Source: Candidatus Poribacteria bacterium
GTDB lineage: Bacteria > Poribacteria > WGA-4E > WGA-3G
DNA length: 64,000 bases
Direction: 5' to 3'
Assembly: GCA_028818705.1 (NCBI GenBank)
Contig: JAPPNJ010000194.1
Span: 10,909 to 74,908, forward strand
Position 1 is the stretch's first letter. Each line of letters starts with the position of its first letter. Positions 55,981 to 64,000 of the stretch are shown piece after piece. The notes below the pieces were generated by a model. It saw only the letters and a list, made by a program, of their open reading frames with translations, was not told the DNA's origin and ran no database searches. A program made the translations under genes and the position numbers.

Positions 55981-56142
55981 TTTTTGATAGGCTCCTCAGA
56001 CATTGCCTAAATCACAGACTTTCATAATCAAGGGATAGGCAAGAGTTAAGGCGAGTTAACAAGGAATGGAGGATGCCGTGAGGCACCCTCCATTAAGAAA
56101 CCTCGTTCAGGAAACCGAGGTTACAGATAAAAGCGTTGGCGA

Positions 56143-59100
56143 TTACTCACCACCGCCGCCACCACCGGCTGCATCACGAATTTCCAGATTATTCGCTCTC
56201 ATATAGCTTTGAATTGTCTGAATCTGGCTGATTGCGTACGTGAGTGCCTGGTTGACTTTTATGTCAACAGGTGGGGTTGCCTCATATTTCGCCCACAACC
56301 GGTTGAAGTAATCCAGCGCCTCGTTAAAGTAGGCATCGTCGCTATCCGCTAATACCATATACGCTTCACCAATCTGCACGAGACCCAAGTCAGCGTACTT
56401 AGTGGTCGGATAGTTTTCAATAATCATACTATACGCAGCGATAGCGGCTTCGATAGCAGGTTTCTGCTCTTCACCCCTGGCGAGCTTGGCTTCGTTGAGG
56501 AGATCCGTTGCGACCTCATACTCGTAGAAGGTCAGAGCGTTTGCCGTATCGGTGAGATAGTTGTATGCTGTCGATTTTGATTCGGTACCGATGCCAGGTG
56601 TATCAAGTGCTTTCTGATAGTGCTCAATTGCCATCTGATAGAAACTGATACGTTCCGCCTGTTCGATGCCTTGATCGGAACCGGAGTTGTAGTACTTGTT
56701 ACCGATGTTAATAAGCGCATCAGCGGTGTACTGGCTGCTCGGATACTCAGCGGCGAGTGCTTCGTTCGCCTCAAAGAGGCGATTATACCAGCGCTGTTTC
56801 GCCTCTTCGTCGCCTGTCTTTTCGGCGGCTTCACTCAGGAGCTGCGCACAAGTCGAGATCGCATACAACGATTCCGGAGCGCTCTTGTGAGTCTTGTTCA
56901 CAGAACGGACCTTCTCGTACTCTGTGATTGCCTTCTCAAATTGCTGCGCGGCGTAGTGAGATTCACCGACGTGATACTGCCAGAAGGCGGCATCATTGGC
57001 ATTCGGATAGCGGCGAACCATATCCCGGAACGTATCACCGGCGGCGAGGAAGAAATTCACCGCTTTTTCTGACATTTCACCGTCCATACCTACCTGCATC
57101 CGACCCAATTCAAAGTTGGAAGCAGCAAGGTAATTCAGCGCTGTCTCTGTGTTCTTCCGGAGCCCGTCCGATTTCGGGAAGAGTCCTTTATCGACGTAAC
57201 TCACGAACGTTGTCAGCGGCGAAAGTGCACTCGTCAGATCTTGCGGCAGCTTCACACCGATACCAACGGAGTAGTAAATCTGTCCGGCTTGGAAGAGCGA
57301 ATTCTGGACATACGGGATGACCGTCTGTTTATCCGCTTTTTCTACCGGGGCGGCGATTGATGCTACTTCAAAGAACGAACCGGCAGCCAGTCGACTCGCA
57401 TCAATGTACGGTTGCAGATCTGTACCGGCTACTGTTGAGAAGAGAGAGCGCGCTTTGTCGGAGTAGAGGAACCCTATGTTATATTGCGCTGCAGCTTTCT
57501 CAGCCACTGTGGCTTGCGAATTCGCCATGGTCCGATCGCGTGCCTCAACCGCTTCAGCGATAGCTTCATCTAAACGTCCCAATTCAACATAGAGCGTAGA
57601 GCGACGGATACCGGCGTCCGCTACCATTGAGGCAACGTTTGCATTGTCCGAACCGCTATACTCACCAATCAAGGTCTGGAAAGTATTCAACGCTTTGTCG
57701 GGTTGCTTGAGTTGATCTTGATAAATCAAACCCATCCGATAGTAGGACTGTGCTTTGACGAGCGTATCTTCCACCAGTTCAATGGCGTTCTGGTAACTCA
57801 TCAAGGCTTCTTGATAGTTTTTGAGTTGTTCCTCTTGCGCGAATGCCATTGCGAAGTAGGAACGTCCCTTCATATCTGCCTCTTGGGTGTTTTCGATGAT
57901 ATACTGGTACTCTTGCACTGCTGCGGCGTGGTCGCCGAGCGTTCCGTTGAGTTCAGCCAGACGTGAGTGTGCTTGGAAGATAAGAGACTTCCGTGCTTCG
58001 TCCTCAGTCTTTCCTTCTAATGCCGTGACCGCTTTGAATGCGTCCGCTGCACCTCTGTTGTCTTCTAAGCCAAGCTTAGCCAGACCGGCAGTGTAATTCG
58101 CGCTAATCAGGTTGTCGGCATCATCTGTCAAGGTTGCCACTTTTTCTGCAGCACTGACGGCATTCTGGAGACCCAGCTGCTTGCTACCAGCATCTGTCGC
58201 AGCTTGTGCGATTTGATAATGGCAGACTGCCGCTTGGTACTGTGCATTTGGTGCCAGTTCGCTGGTCGGGAAAGTTTGCACAAAGGCGAGATATTCTGCC
58301 AGTGCTTCCTCGTAGCGTTTAGCACTATAGTAGGTGTGCCCGATTTTCAGCTGCGAACGGCTGCGTGCCTCTTCGGGTGCACCAGTGTTATCTACAATCC
58401 GCTTCAGAGACGCCACTAAGGCATCAACGTCAACCTCTTCACTACTATTTTCGATAGCGGTGGCTTTAATTAGGTCGATGTGTCCGAGCGTCTTGAGGAC
58501 GAGATCGTTATCACTTGAGGAATACTTGCTGCTCGCTTCATCAGCGAGTTGAAGGATAAGTGGCCATTTCTCGGTATCGTTCTGTTTTTGAGCAGCATCA
58601 CGATAGGCGAGTGCCAAACCGTAGTAGGCTTCAACGGCGTTTGGACTATCGGCGTAGTCTGAAATCACGCTTTTGAAGGCTCCCTCAGAGGACGCCAAAA
58701 GATCTGGATTATCACTGGCGGCTTGGTAGTAGCAGAGCCCTACGAGGTAGAGGGCGTCGTCTGCATATTCACCCGACGGATTACCATCAACCACAGCTTG
58801 ATACTGGACGGCAGCTTCTTCAAACCGTTTCTCTGCACGTAGCAGGTCAGCGAGTTTAATTTCTGCCAACGACCGGTTATCCGCATCGTCAAGTTTATCC
58901 AAGATGCTGTTGTAGTAACTGATCGCAGCCTCTTTATCGCCCTGTTTGACATGACTGTTAGCGACGAGGAGGAGTGCGCGTTGGTAGTATTCACTCGTAT
59001 CTGGAATAGAGGCATACCGATCGCGTGCCTGCTCCCAGTCACCAAGCATTTCGTGCGAGAGTGCTTCGTTCATGATACAGGCTTCTACCTGCGCGACACG

Positions 59101-60843
59101 TTCGCCGAAGTCGTCGTAACGTTCCTCGGCAACACCCGGGAGAAAGGCTTCGTCGTTAAACATGCCGATAGCATCTTGATACGCGGTAACGGACTTCTGG
59201 AGGTATTCTGGATTGAAGTTCGCCTCTGGATCGCCTTCCTGATAGCCTTCGGGTTTGGCGGCTTCATAGTAAGAACGTCCTTCGAAGAACTTACCCATCA
59301 ACTTGACGAGGTGGAACTTCGGAAGTGGACGATAATCCCACAACTTGGCGTATTCTTCAGCGGCTTCAATGTACTGTTTGAATTCAGACCGCTTGATGTC
59401 GGCAAAACGGAGTTGAACCTCTGCGGCGAGAATATCGAACTCATTATCGTTCTTGTTTTTATCGATAAACTCGCGTGCCACGGTTTCTAACTCTTCTTTA
59501 CGACCGAGATCGTTGAGCGCCCAGATTGCGCCGTAGAGGGCGTGGGGTGCGACAGGATCCTGCGGGAAGTTATCGATGGTTTTCTGATACCACTGCAGCG
59601 AGAGTTCAAGCGTCACCATACCGGTTTCAGTTTCCCCAGCTTGGTTCTGCTCTGTGCCGAGTTTGTAGTATGCCTCACCAATCTGATAGGAGCAATAGGG
59701 AATGAAATCGGTGGCTTCTGCATGTTCGTTGATGACACGTTCGTATGCCACAGTCGCTTGACTCCAATTCGACAACCGGAAGTAACTATCAGCGATACCG
59801 AGCTTGGCTTCAGCGATATAATCGCTCTCCGGGTATTCTTCAAGGAGGGTGGTGTATGAAACGATAGCGTTTTCATAGTCACCTTGGTCGAAGTAGGTAC
59901 GTCCGATAGCCGACTGGATTTCTGACTGTAGCGTCCGATCCGCCGTATTTTGGAGTGCCAACTCGTAGTTAACGCGTGCGTTGTCATAGTCCTTCTGACG
60001 GGCGTAAATCGCGCCTTGGTCGAAGTATGCGGCTGTAACGTATTGGCTTTCCGGGAACTGCGTGATGAAGTTGGTGTACCTACCGATAGCTTCGTCATCT
60101 CTGCCGAGTTGGTTCAAGCTATAGGCGGCTTTGTACATCGCTTCAGCTTGCAAGTCCGGATAGTTCTTGAATTCCTCTGTCGCAATCTTATCGAATTCCT
60201 GATAGGCTTGCTCATAGTTGGATTCGTTCAAGAACGACTGTGCGATGAGATGTTGCGCGTCATCTTTAAAGTCGGAATTCGGGAAACCATCAAGGACGGC
60301 TTTGAATGCTTGTCGGGAGTCTTCATAGTTCTGTAGTTTAAAGTTCAGCTGCCCGATAGCATACCACGCGTTCTCAACGAACAGGCTGTTCGGGAAGTTC
60401 TCAATGAGCTGCGTGAACTTGGGTTCTGCCAATTCAAACTGCTCGGTACGATAGAGGATGTGTCCCCAGAGATAGGTTAATCCCTCTTGGTGTTTGGGAA
60501 TAGTCGCAGTCGGGGCAACTTTTTCAATGTACTCGATTGCAGTGTCATAGTAATTGACATCACCGGTCTGTTCAGCGAGTCTCGAATAACTAACAGCGAT
60601 CTTATAGTTGGCGAGGGTTGCGAAGTCTTTGTCAATAACTTCGGTTTTAACACCTCGTTTTGTTGATTCTTCGAGTGCTTCAGCGTACTTGTCAATCGCG
60701 CCTTCATAGTCCGCTTGCCCACGTAGGTCTTCAGCGTCTTGATAAAGCTGCTCCACCTTTTTGGAGCTTCCCATCATTAAAGGTGAGATGAGAGCAATTA
60801 TCAAAGCGAGACCGCCAATAATGCCCAAAATCCTTGGGTTCAT
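56143..60843 (-). CDS. Giant membrane-anchored tetratricopeptide-repeat protein (1566 aa)
   Basis: It has an N-terminal TM anchor. More than 30 TPR/YbgF-like units follow, with the recurring FP(N/E)S(D/E)Y..A.Y..G pattern. It ends in a Gly tail (AAGGGGGGE). Confidence 0.85.
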   Translation of the reverse strand: MNPRILGIIGGLALIIALISPLMMGSSKKVEQLYQDAEDLRGQADYEGAIDKYAEALEESTKRGVKTEVIDKDFATLANYKIAVSYSRLAEQTGDVNYYDTAIEYIEKVAPTATIPKHQEGLTYLWGHILYRTEQFELAEPKFTQLIENFPNSLFVENAWYAIGQLNFKLQNYEDSRQAFKAVLDGFPNSDFKDDAQHLIAQSFLNESNYEQAYQEFDKIATEEFKNYPDLQAEAMYKAAYSLNQLGRDDEAIGRYTNFITQFPESQYVTAAYFDQGAIYARQKDYDNARVNYELALQNTADRTLQSEIQSAIGRTYFDQGDYENAIVSYTTLLEEYPESDYIAEAKLGIADSYFRLSNWSQATVAYERVINEHAEATDFIPYCSYQIGEAYYKLGTEQNQAGETETGMVTLELSLQWYQKTIDNFPQDPVAPHALYGAIWALNDLGRKEELETVAREFIDKNKNDNEFDILAAEVQLRFADIKRSEFKQYIEAAEEYAKLWDYRPLPKFHLVKLMGKFFEGRSYYEAAKPEGYQEGDPEANFNPEYLQKSVTAYQDAIGMFNDEAFLPGVAEERYDDFGERVAQVEACIMNEALSHEMLGDWEQARDRYASIPDTSEYYQRALLLVANSHVKQGDKEAAISYYNSILDKLDDADNRSLAEIKLADLLRAEKRFEEAAVQYQAVVDGNPSGEYADDALYLVGLCYYQAASDNPDLLASSEGAFKSVISDYADSPNAVEAYYGLALAYRDAAQKQNDTEKWPLILQLADEASSKYSSSDNDLVLKTLGHIDLIKATAIENSSEEVDVDALVASLKRIVDNTGAPEEARSRSQLKIGHTYYSAKRYEEALAEYLAFVQTFPTSELAPNAQYQAAVCHYQIAQAATDAGSKQLGLQNAVSAAEKVATLTDDADNLISANYTAGLAKLGLEDNRGAADAFKAVTALEGKTEDEARKSLIFQAHSRLAELNGTLGDHAAAVQEYQYIIENTQEADMKGRSYFAMAFAQEEQLKNYQEALMSYQNAIELVEDTLVKAQSYYRMGLIYQDQLKQPDKALNTFQTLIGEYSGSDNANVASMVADAGIRRSTLYVELGRLDEAIAEAVEARDRTMANSQATVAEKAAAQYNIGFLYSDKARSLFSTVAGTDLQPYIDASRLAAGSFFEVASIAAPVEKADKQTVIPYVQNSLFQAGQIYYSVGIGVKLPQDLTSALSPLTTFVSYVDKGLFPKSDGLRKNTETALNYLAASNFELGRMQVGMDGEMSEKAVNFFLAAGDTFRDMVRRYPNANDAAFWQYHVGESHYAAQQFEKAITEYEKVRSVNKTHKSAPESLYAISTCAQLLSEAAEKTGDEEAKQRWYNRLFEANEALAAEYPSSQYTADALINIGNKYYNSGSDQGIEQAERISFYQMAIEHYQKALDTPGIGTESKSTAYNYLTDTANALTFYEYEVATDLLNEAKLARGEEQKPAIEAAIAAYSMIIENYPTTKYADLGLVQIGEAYMVLADSDDAYFNEALDYFNRLWAKYEATPPVDIKVNQALTYAISQIQTIQSYMRANNLEIRDAAGGGGGGE

Positions 60844-61020
60844 TCGTGTTCTCCTTGTTTACGTCGCCTGCTGTAAAAGCACGGCTACGGAATTAAATAA
60901 GTTTAACTTCAAAAATTCGATACCGAGGTTCTAAACCTCGAAAACAAACATTTAACCTTTGCTGGTAGCGTTCCAGATTCACACCAGCATAGGCTGGACA
61001 TCATATAACTATATATTTAC

Positions 61021-62034
61021 TTACAATTCTATTGAATCGTAGACTTCTGTAATAGAGAGGGTTTCCAACGGTACATCCAGTAATTTCCTTGAAAAACCGT
61101 CGAATTGGCTCCATTTGCGTTTATATTGTTGGAGCGCGTGCTGTCCTGAGCGGATGCCTTGTAACAGCAAGACGGTGTACCTACCGTCAGTTAAAACCTC
61201 TCGTGCTGTCGGATATTCCCACGGCGCACCTTGTGTCGGCAGTTCAGCATAGGTTAGCAATTCCGAATCGATGTTCAAGGCGACGCTGGGAAGCGTATCT
61301 TTACTGTCTTTACGGAGTGTCGCGAGGATGTATCCTTCCGCCGCCGGATCATCAGTGAATTGCCAGACATCCGAACCTGAATCTACAGTCGGTGTTTCTG
61401 TTGTCCGGTTTCTACTGACATTGCGACGTATCTCGGCGGGTTGCGCTACAGCCTTATCCTGTTGAATGGCAAGTGTTGCCTCGGGCTGGCGCGAAACGGT
61501 GGTTGACGTAGAAAACAGTCGTGCTTTTGCCACTGTGTATAGACGCCCAAGGGCGTGTTCTCCATTCTCACCTGATGGCATCTGCTGTAAAACAAACGGT
61601 GCCGCAAGGAGTACCATCATCGTTGCGACGAGTGCGTAGTAGGGCAGCATTTTGTGCCGAACAGTGATGGATCCGGTCGGGACGCAACGGTCAATGTATC
61701 GGCGGACTCGCGCCGACAATTGCCACGTCCACCGAGCACCGATGCCGCGGATCTGTTGCTGGAGGGTAGTGGGTGCACTCTGGTCAATGCGTTGCTGGAG
61801 GGTTTTTGTAAACCGAGCATAATACGCATCGGACGCTTCGGGTTCAACGTAGAAATTTTCGAGGAGATGGCACGTCTTTTTCAGATTAATGGCTTCGCGT
61901 TTACACGTCCGGCAGGCGTCGAGATGCGATGCCACATTCTTCATCTGCCGTTTGGAAAGCGTCTCATCTATATAGTCTGATAAAAGGCGTTGTATTTTCT
62001 GGCACTTCAAGCTCATCGGTATTCTCCACGACAT
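61021..62034 (-). CDS. Anti-sigma factor (zf-HC2 type) with one TM segment
   Basis: The zf-HC2 region reads CQKIQRLLSDYIDETLS...HLDACRTCKRE, followed by a TM segment (YYALVATMMVLLAAPFVL). An alternative start at ATG 62016 follows GGAG. Confidence 0.7.
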   Translation of the reverse strand: MSWRIPMSLKCQKIQRLLSDYIDETLSKRQMKNVASHLDACRTCKREAINLKKTCHLLENFYVEPEASDAYYARFTKTLQQRIDQSAPTTLQQQIRGIGARWTWQLSARVRRYIDRCVPTGSITVRHKMLPYYALVATMMVLLAAPFVLQQMPSGENGEHALGRLYTVAKARLFSTSTTVSRQPEATLAIQQDKAVAQPAEIRRNVSRNRTTETPTVDSGSDVWQFTDDPAAEGYILATLRKDSKDTLPSVALNIDSELLTYAELPTQGAPWEYPTAREVLTDGRYTVLLLQGIRSGQHALQQYKRKWSQFDGFSRKLLDVPLETLSITEVYDSIEL

Positions 62035-62097
62035 GGCGGGCTTTCAGGTGCTTACAGATTTCATGTCGATACCAAGGATCGCTATTTAGATGAAAAA

Positions 62098-62682
62098 CTA
62101 AATCGCACCGGCATCCACATACGGTTTGAGTAAAGTTCGGAGTTTTTTACGTGCGTAGTGCAGGCGGGACCGGACTGTCCCTTCGGAGCAGTTAAGAATT
62201 GAAGCGATCTCGGTGTGTGTTAATCCTTCAAACTCATGTAGAATTACCACTGTCCGATGTTTCAGCGAAAGGCTGTTGACCGCCTCTGTAACGTAGCGGC
62301 GCAGTTCAACTTTTTCGGCATAGACGTGTGGGTCACTGGCACGTGCCGCGCGATACCGCAAATCCGCCTCAAATTCAGCCTCTGCTGTTGTCTCAATTGT
62401 GCGTTCCTGTCGGCGTTCCCGGCGTTTGACGAAGTTCAATGCTTCGTTCACAGCTATCCGGTAGACCCACGTCTCAAAAGCAGCGTCCTTTCGGAACGTA
62501 CGAATTGAGCGGTACACCTTAAGAAAAGTCTCCTGCATCACATCCTCGGCGTCTGCATGATTCTTTGTAATCTGCATCGCGAGTCGATACACCATCCGTT
62601 TGTACTTTTCTATTAGGGGTGCCAACGCCGTCTCATCGCCTTCACACAGGTCGGCTATGAGCAAGGCTTCAGTTCTTTCCAC
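62098..62682 (-). CDS. ECF-family RNA polymerase sigma factor
   Basis: It has a GTG start. Region 2 reads DAEDVMQETFLKVYRS...WVYRIAVNEALN. Region 4 reads LTHTEIASILNCSEGTVRSRLHYARKKL. Confidence 0.9.
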   Translation of the reverse strand: MERTEALLIADLCEGDETALAPLIEKYKRMVYRLAMQITKNHADAEDVMQETFLKVYRSIRTFRKDAAFETWVYRIAVNEALNFVKRRERRQERTIETTAEAEFEADLRYRAARASDPHVYAEKVELRRYVTEAVNSLSLKHRTVVILHEFEGLTHTEIASILNCSEGTVRSRLHYARKKLRTLLKPYVDAGAI

Positions 62683-62750
62683 CGAACTTTTCTCCTTAGG
62701 TGTTCTAATTGTTTAGACAACGCCTTTTCAAAAACCGTTCAAAAAAAATT

Positions 62751-62830
62751 GGTTATCAGTTCTCGGTTGTCAGTTATCAGTTAGATGTTTTCCGTGATAT
62801 AAAAATTCTTTTTACCTGACGACTGATAAC
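62751..62830. repeat. Inverted decamer arrays (GGTTATCAGT TCTCGGTTGTCAGTTATCAGT at 62751-62784; complement CCTGACGACTGATAAC at 62815-62830)
   Basis: Read directly from the sequence. The A/C-rich strand is in sense orientation 70-100 nt upstream of the ECF sigma start. Confidence 0.75.
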
Positions 62831-62921
62831 TTTTAAGGTCGGGATTCGGAAGCCCTCCTACTATTTATCATAGCATTATTCCCAAAATTGTGTAAAGAAA
62901 AAAATAAATGGGGATCAGGTC

Positions 62922-62944
62922 GGGTTGCTACGCAACCCTTTCAG
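62922..62944 (+). repeat. Hairpin-TTTCAG motif, copy 2 (GGGTTGC-TAC-GCAACCC-TTTCAG)
   Basis: It is near-identical to 16482-16504 and sits 18 nt outside the stop of the four-helix-bundle gene. Confidence 0.75.
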
Positions 62945-62961
62945 GGGTCAGGAGTCAGCCG

Positions 62962-63321
62962 TTAGACCTGAGTTCTAATATTTTTTAGTAACGCGGTCAA
63001 CATTTTCTTTATGCTAACGATTTCGTCAGTGAGTTCGACGTACTGATCAGCATTGAAGTATTTGAGGTTATGGGAAAGTTGAATGAGATATTCTGTTTCA
63101 CTTGCGGAACCCATTGCTATCTGAAGAAAGCGAGCGAAGTCAGCGGGTGTCTCTCTTCCGCAGCCTTCGGCGATATTTGTTGGAATCGAAGCACAAGCGC
63201 GTCGAATTTGGCTTGTCAACCCATATATCTCTTCACGCGGGAATTCGGATGTTAATTCGTATATCCTCAGGGTTAATTCATGAGATTTGTCCCACACCTG
63301 TAATTTTCTGAAATTTCGCAT
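62962..63321 (-). CDS. Four-helix-bundle protein (the family annotated as 23S rRNA intervening-sequence protein)
   Basis: ATG is at 63321. The sequence reads FRKLQVWDKSHELTLRIYELTSEFPREEIYGLTSQIRRACASIPTNIAEGCGR...FLQIAMGSASETEY. Confidence 0.85.
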   Translation of the reverse strand: MRNFRKLQVWDKSHELTLRIYELTSEFPREEIYGLTSQIRRACASIPTNIAEGCGRETPADFARFLQIAMGSASETEYLIQLSHNLKYFNADQYVELTDEIVSIKKMLTALLKNIRTQV

Positions 63322-63425
63322 GTTTATTCTTATGTTCAGGACGTTCCGCTGCACTCCACTTTCAGGGGTCAGTAACTTGCTTGTGTCATGAAAAAGCGTT
63401 TCTAATAACCACACACCACTGACCG

Positions 63426-63446
63426 CTGAAAGCCTGCGTAGCAGGC
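63426..63446 (-). repeat. Hairpin-TTTCAG motif, copy 3, inverted, with a compensated stem (GCCTGC-TAC-GCAGGC-TTTCAG on the minus strand)
   Basis: Read directly from the sequence. It is flanked by CTGACCGCTGA-type units (63417-63465). Confidence 0.7.
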
Positions 63447-63476
63447 GACCTGACCGCTGACTGCCGTAATATACAT

Positions 63477-63509
63477 AAAAAAGGGCAACGTATCAAAAAT
63501 ACGCTGCCC
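63477..63509 (-). terminator. Intrinsic terminator of the Ig-like protein gene
   Basis: The minus strand reads GGGCAGCGTAT-TTTTG-ATACGTTGCCC followed by TTTTTT, 24 nt after the stop at 63533. Confidence 0.65.
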
Positions 63510-63532
63510 TAATCATCGAAATAGCCTCGAAT

Positions 63533-64000
63533 TTACTCTTTACCCTTGGTTACAAAGGTGATTTTAATCTCAGCTTCATTGCCTGCGGCGTCAGAGACTT
63601 TACCTGCAATAACGTAGGTGGTTTCATTACCAATCTCTTTGCCCTTGACAAGTTCGAGTGTGCCTGTGGTGCCTTCAACCTTTCCAAGCCAACCGACGTC
63701 CTCGCCGCCTTCGGTTTGGAGCGCGATGTTTCCGGATACATCTTCACTGAAGGTGATCTCAATCTTTGCTTCGGTGTTGATAGCTTCTGGATCGACGTCT
63801 TTGTCACCATCTTTGACTGTTCCACCAGTGACTGCCGGCGGATCTGAGTCAGGAGCGGTAACGGTATAGGTAAGCGTCTGCGTTCCATCAGCCCAGGTAA
63901 CTGTCAGACTGAGAGGACCGGGGGTGAATGGACCGTTGACGGTCACCGTTTTACCGGAAGGCGCGGCGGCACCGGCACTTACCGTGACATCAGCGGGTGC
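63533..64000 (-). CDS. Bacterial Ig-like (SbsA/Big_5-like) domain protein, C-terminal part. The ORF continues beyond the window end.
   Basis: The frame stays open through 64000. Repeated beta-sandwich patterns are present (PPAVTGGTVKDGDKDVDPE...IEITFSEDV...LVKGKEIGNETTYVIAGKVSDAAGNEAE). Confidence 0.6.
   Translation of the reverse strand, partial: APADVTVSAGAAAPSGKTVTVNGPFTPGPLSLTVTWADGTQTLTYTVTAPDSDPPAVTGGTVKDGDKDVDPEAINTEAKIEITFSEDVSGNIALQTEGGEDVGWLGKVEGTTGTLELVKGKEIGNETTYVIAGKVSDAAGNEAEIKITFVTKGKE

Noticed and set aside
62962-63414. Four-helix-bundle gene as evidence for a nearby 23S rRNA intervening sequence, and the long 150-aa version of the ORF
   Set aside because: No rRNA-like sequence is present on either side. 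The family-typical ~120-aa protein starts at ATG 63321, and the upstream 31 codons have no support.
1-64000. tRNA, rRNA, riboswitch, integrase, transposase or IS elements
   Set aside because: I scanned the longer spacers by eye: 470-850, 19866-20405, 20991-21330, 30978-31148, 41362-41591, 44617-44950 and 48156-48399. I saw no cloverleaf-compatible or rRNA-like sequence and no recombinase motifs. This negative result is weak without tRNAscan/Infernal.

Overview
The window reads as a 64-kb chromosomal segment from an uncultivated diderm bacterium. Composition looks mid-GC (roughly 45-50% by eye, not computed). Taxonomy is inference only: a PorX/PorY-like two-component pair, a T9SS-type C-terminal sorting domain, dockerin repeats, several Gfo/Idh/MocA, xylose-isomerase-like TIM-barrel and PhyH genes and a giant TPR protein suggest an FCB- or PVC-like candidate lineage.

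Gene content from left to right:
- 1-450: 5' part of msrP (partial).
- 0.8-12.7 kb: a large Cu/Ag (Cus-type) RND efflux locus. It has a Cys-rich ORF, an outer-membrane barrel, a YHS protein, two TolC-family genes, a multi-HMBD CusB and an enlarged CusA. A small barrel protein and an FMN-binding-domain protein follow it.
- 14-19 kb: secreted vWA and prenyltransferase-like proteins, a Zn-ADH and a CoxE-type vWA protein.
- 19-21.9 kb: an AT-rich accessory islet. It carries an MNT-HEPN-like fusion, a 194-aa orphan, and a decayed DUF4258 toxin with an intact YgiT/MqsA-type antitoxin. The toxin-antitoxin pair is flanked by a duplicated relic of the neighbouring gene's 3' end.
- 21.9-31 kb: a split polytopic membrane gene, then housekeeping and sugar-oxidoreductase genes.
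- 31.1-33.6 kb: a sulfite reductase fused to a TusA domain.
- 33.7-37.2 kb: a PIN module, orphan ORFs and moeB.
- 37.4-39.6 kb: a secreted metzincin with a T9SS-type tail.
- 39.7-41.4 kb: an AT-rich two-gene orphan cassette.
- 41.6-55 kb: aminotransferase/epimerase/HAD genes, the PorY/PorX-like pair, rng, rplU-rpmA, DUF4398-OmpA and guaA.
- 55-64 kb: a class-V aminotransferase, an ECF sigma / anti-sigma / 1566-aa TPR operon, a four-helix-bundle gene and a partial Ig-like protein.

I recognised no rRNA, tRNA, CRISPR array, integrase or transposase.

Most interesting observations:
1. The orphan two-gene cassette at 39.7-41.4 kb is a candidate undescribed defence or toxin-antitoxin-like module.
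2. An in-frame TGA forms a C-P-A-[TGA] motif between a signal peptide and its beta-barrel.
3. Metal-binding-domain elaborations occur in both CusB and CusA.
4. Two families of structured intergenic repeats are present, one showing compensatory base changes and bracketing the four-helix-bundle gene.
5. A toxin-antitoxin mini-cassette carries an insertion scar.
6. Sulfite reductase is fused to TusA.

All family calls come from motif recognition by eye. No database search was run.
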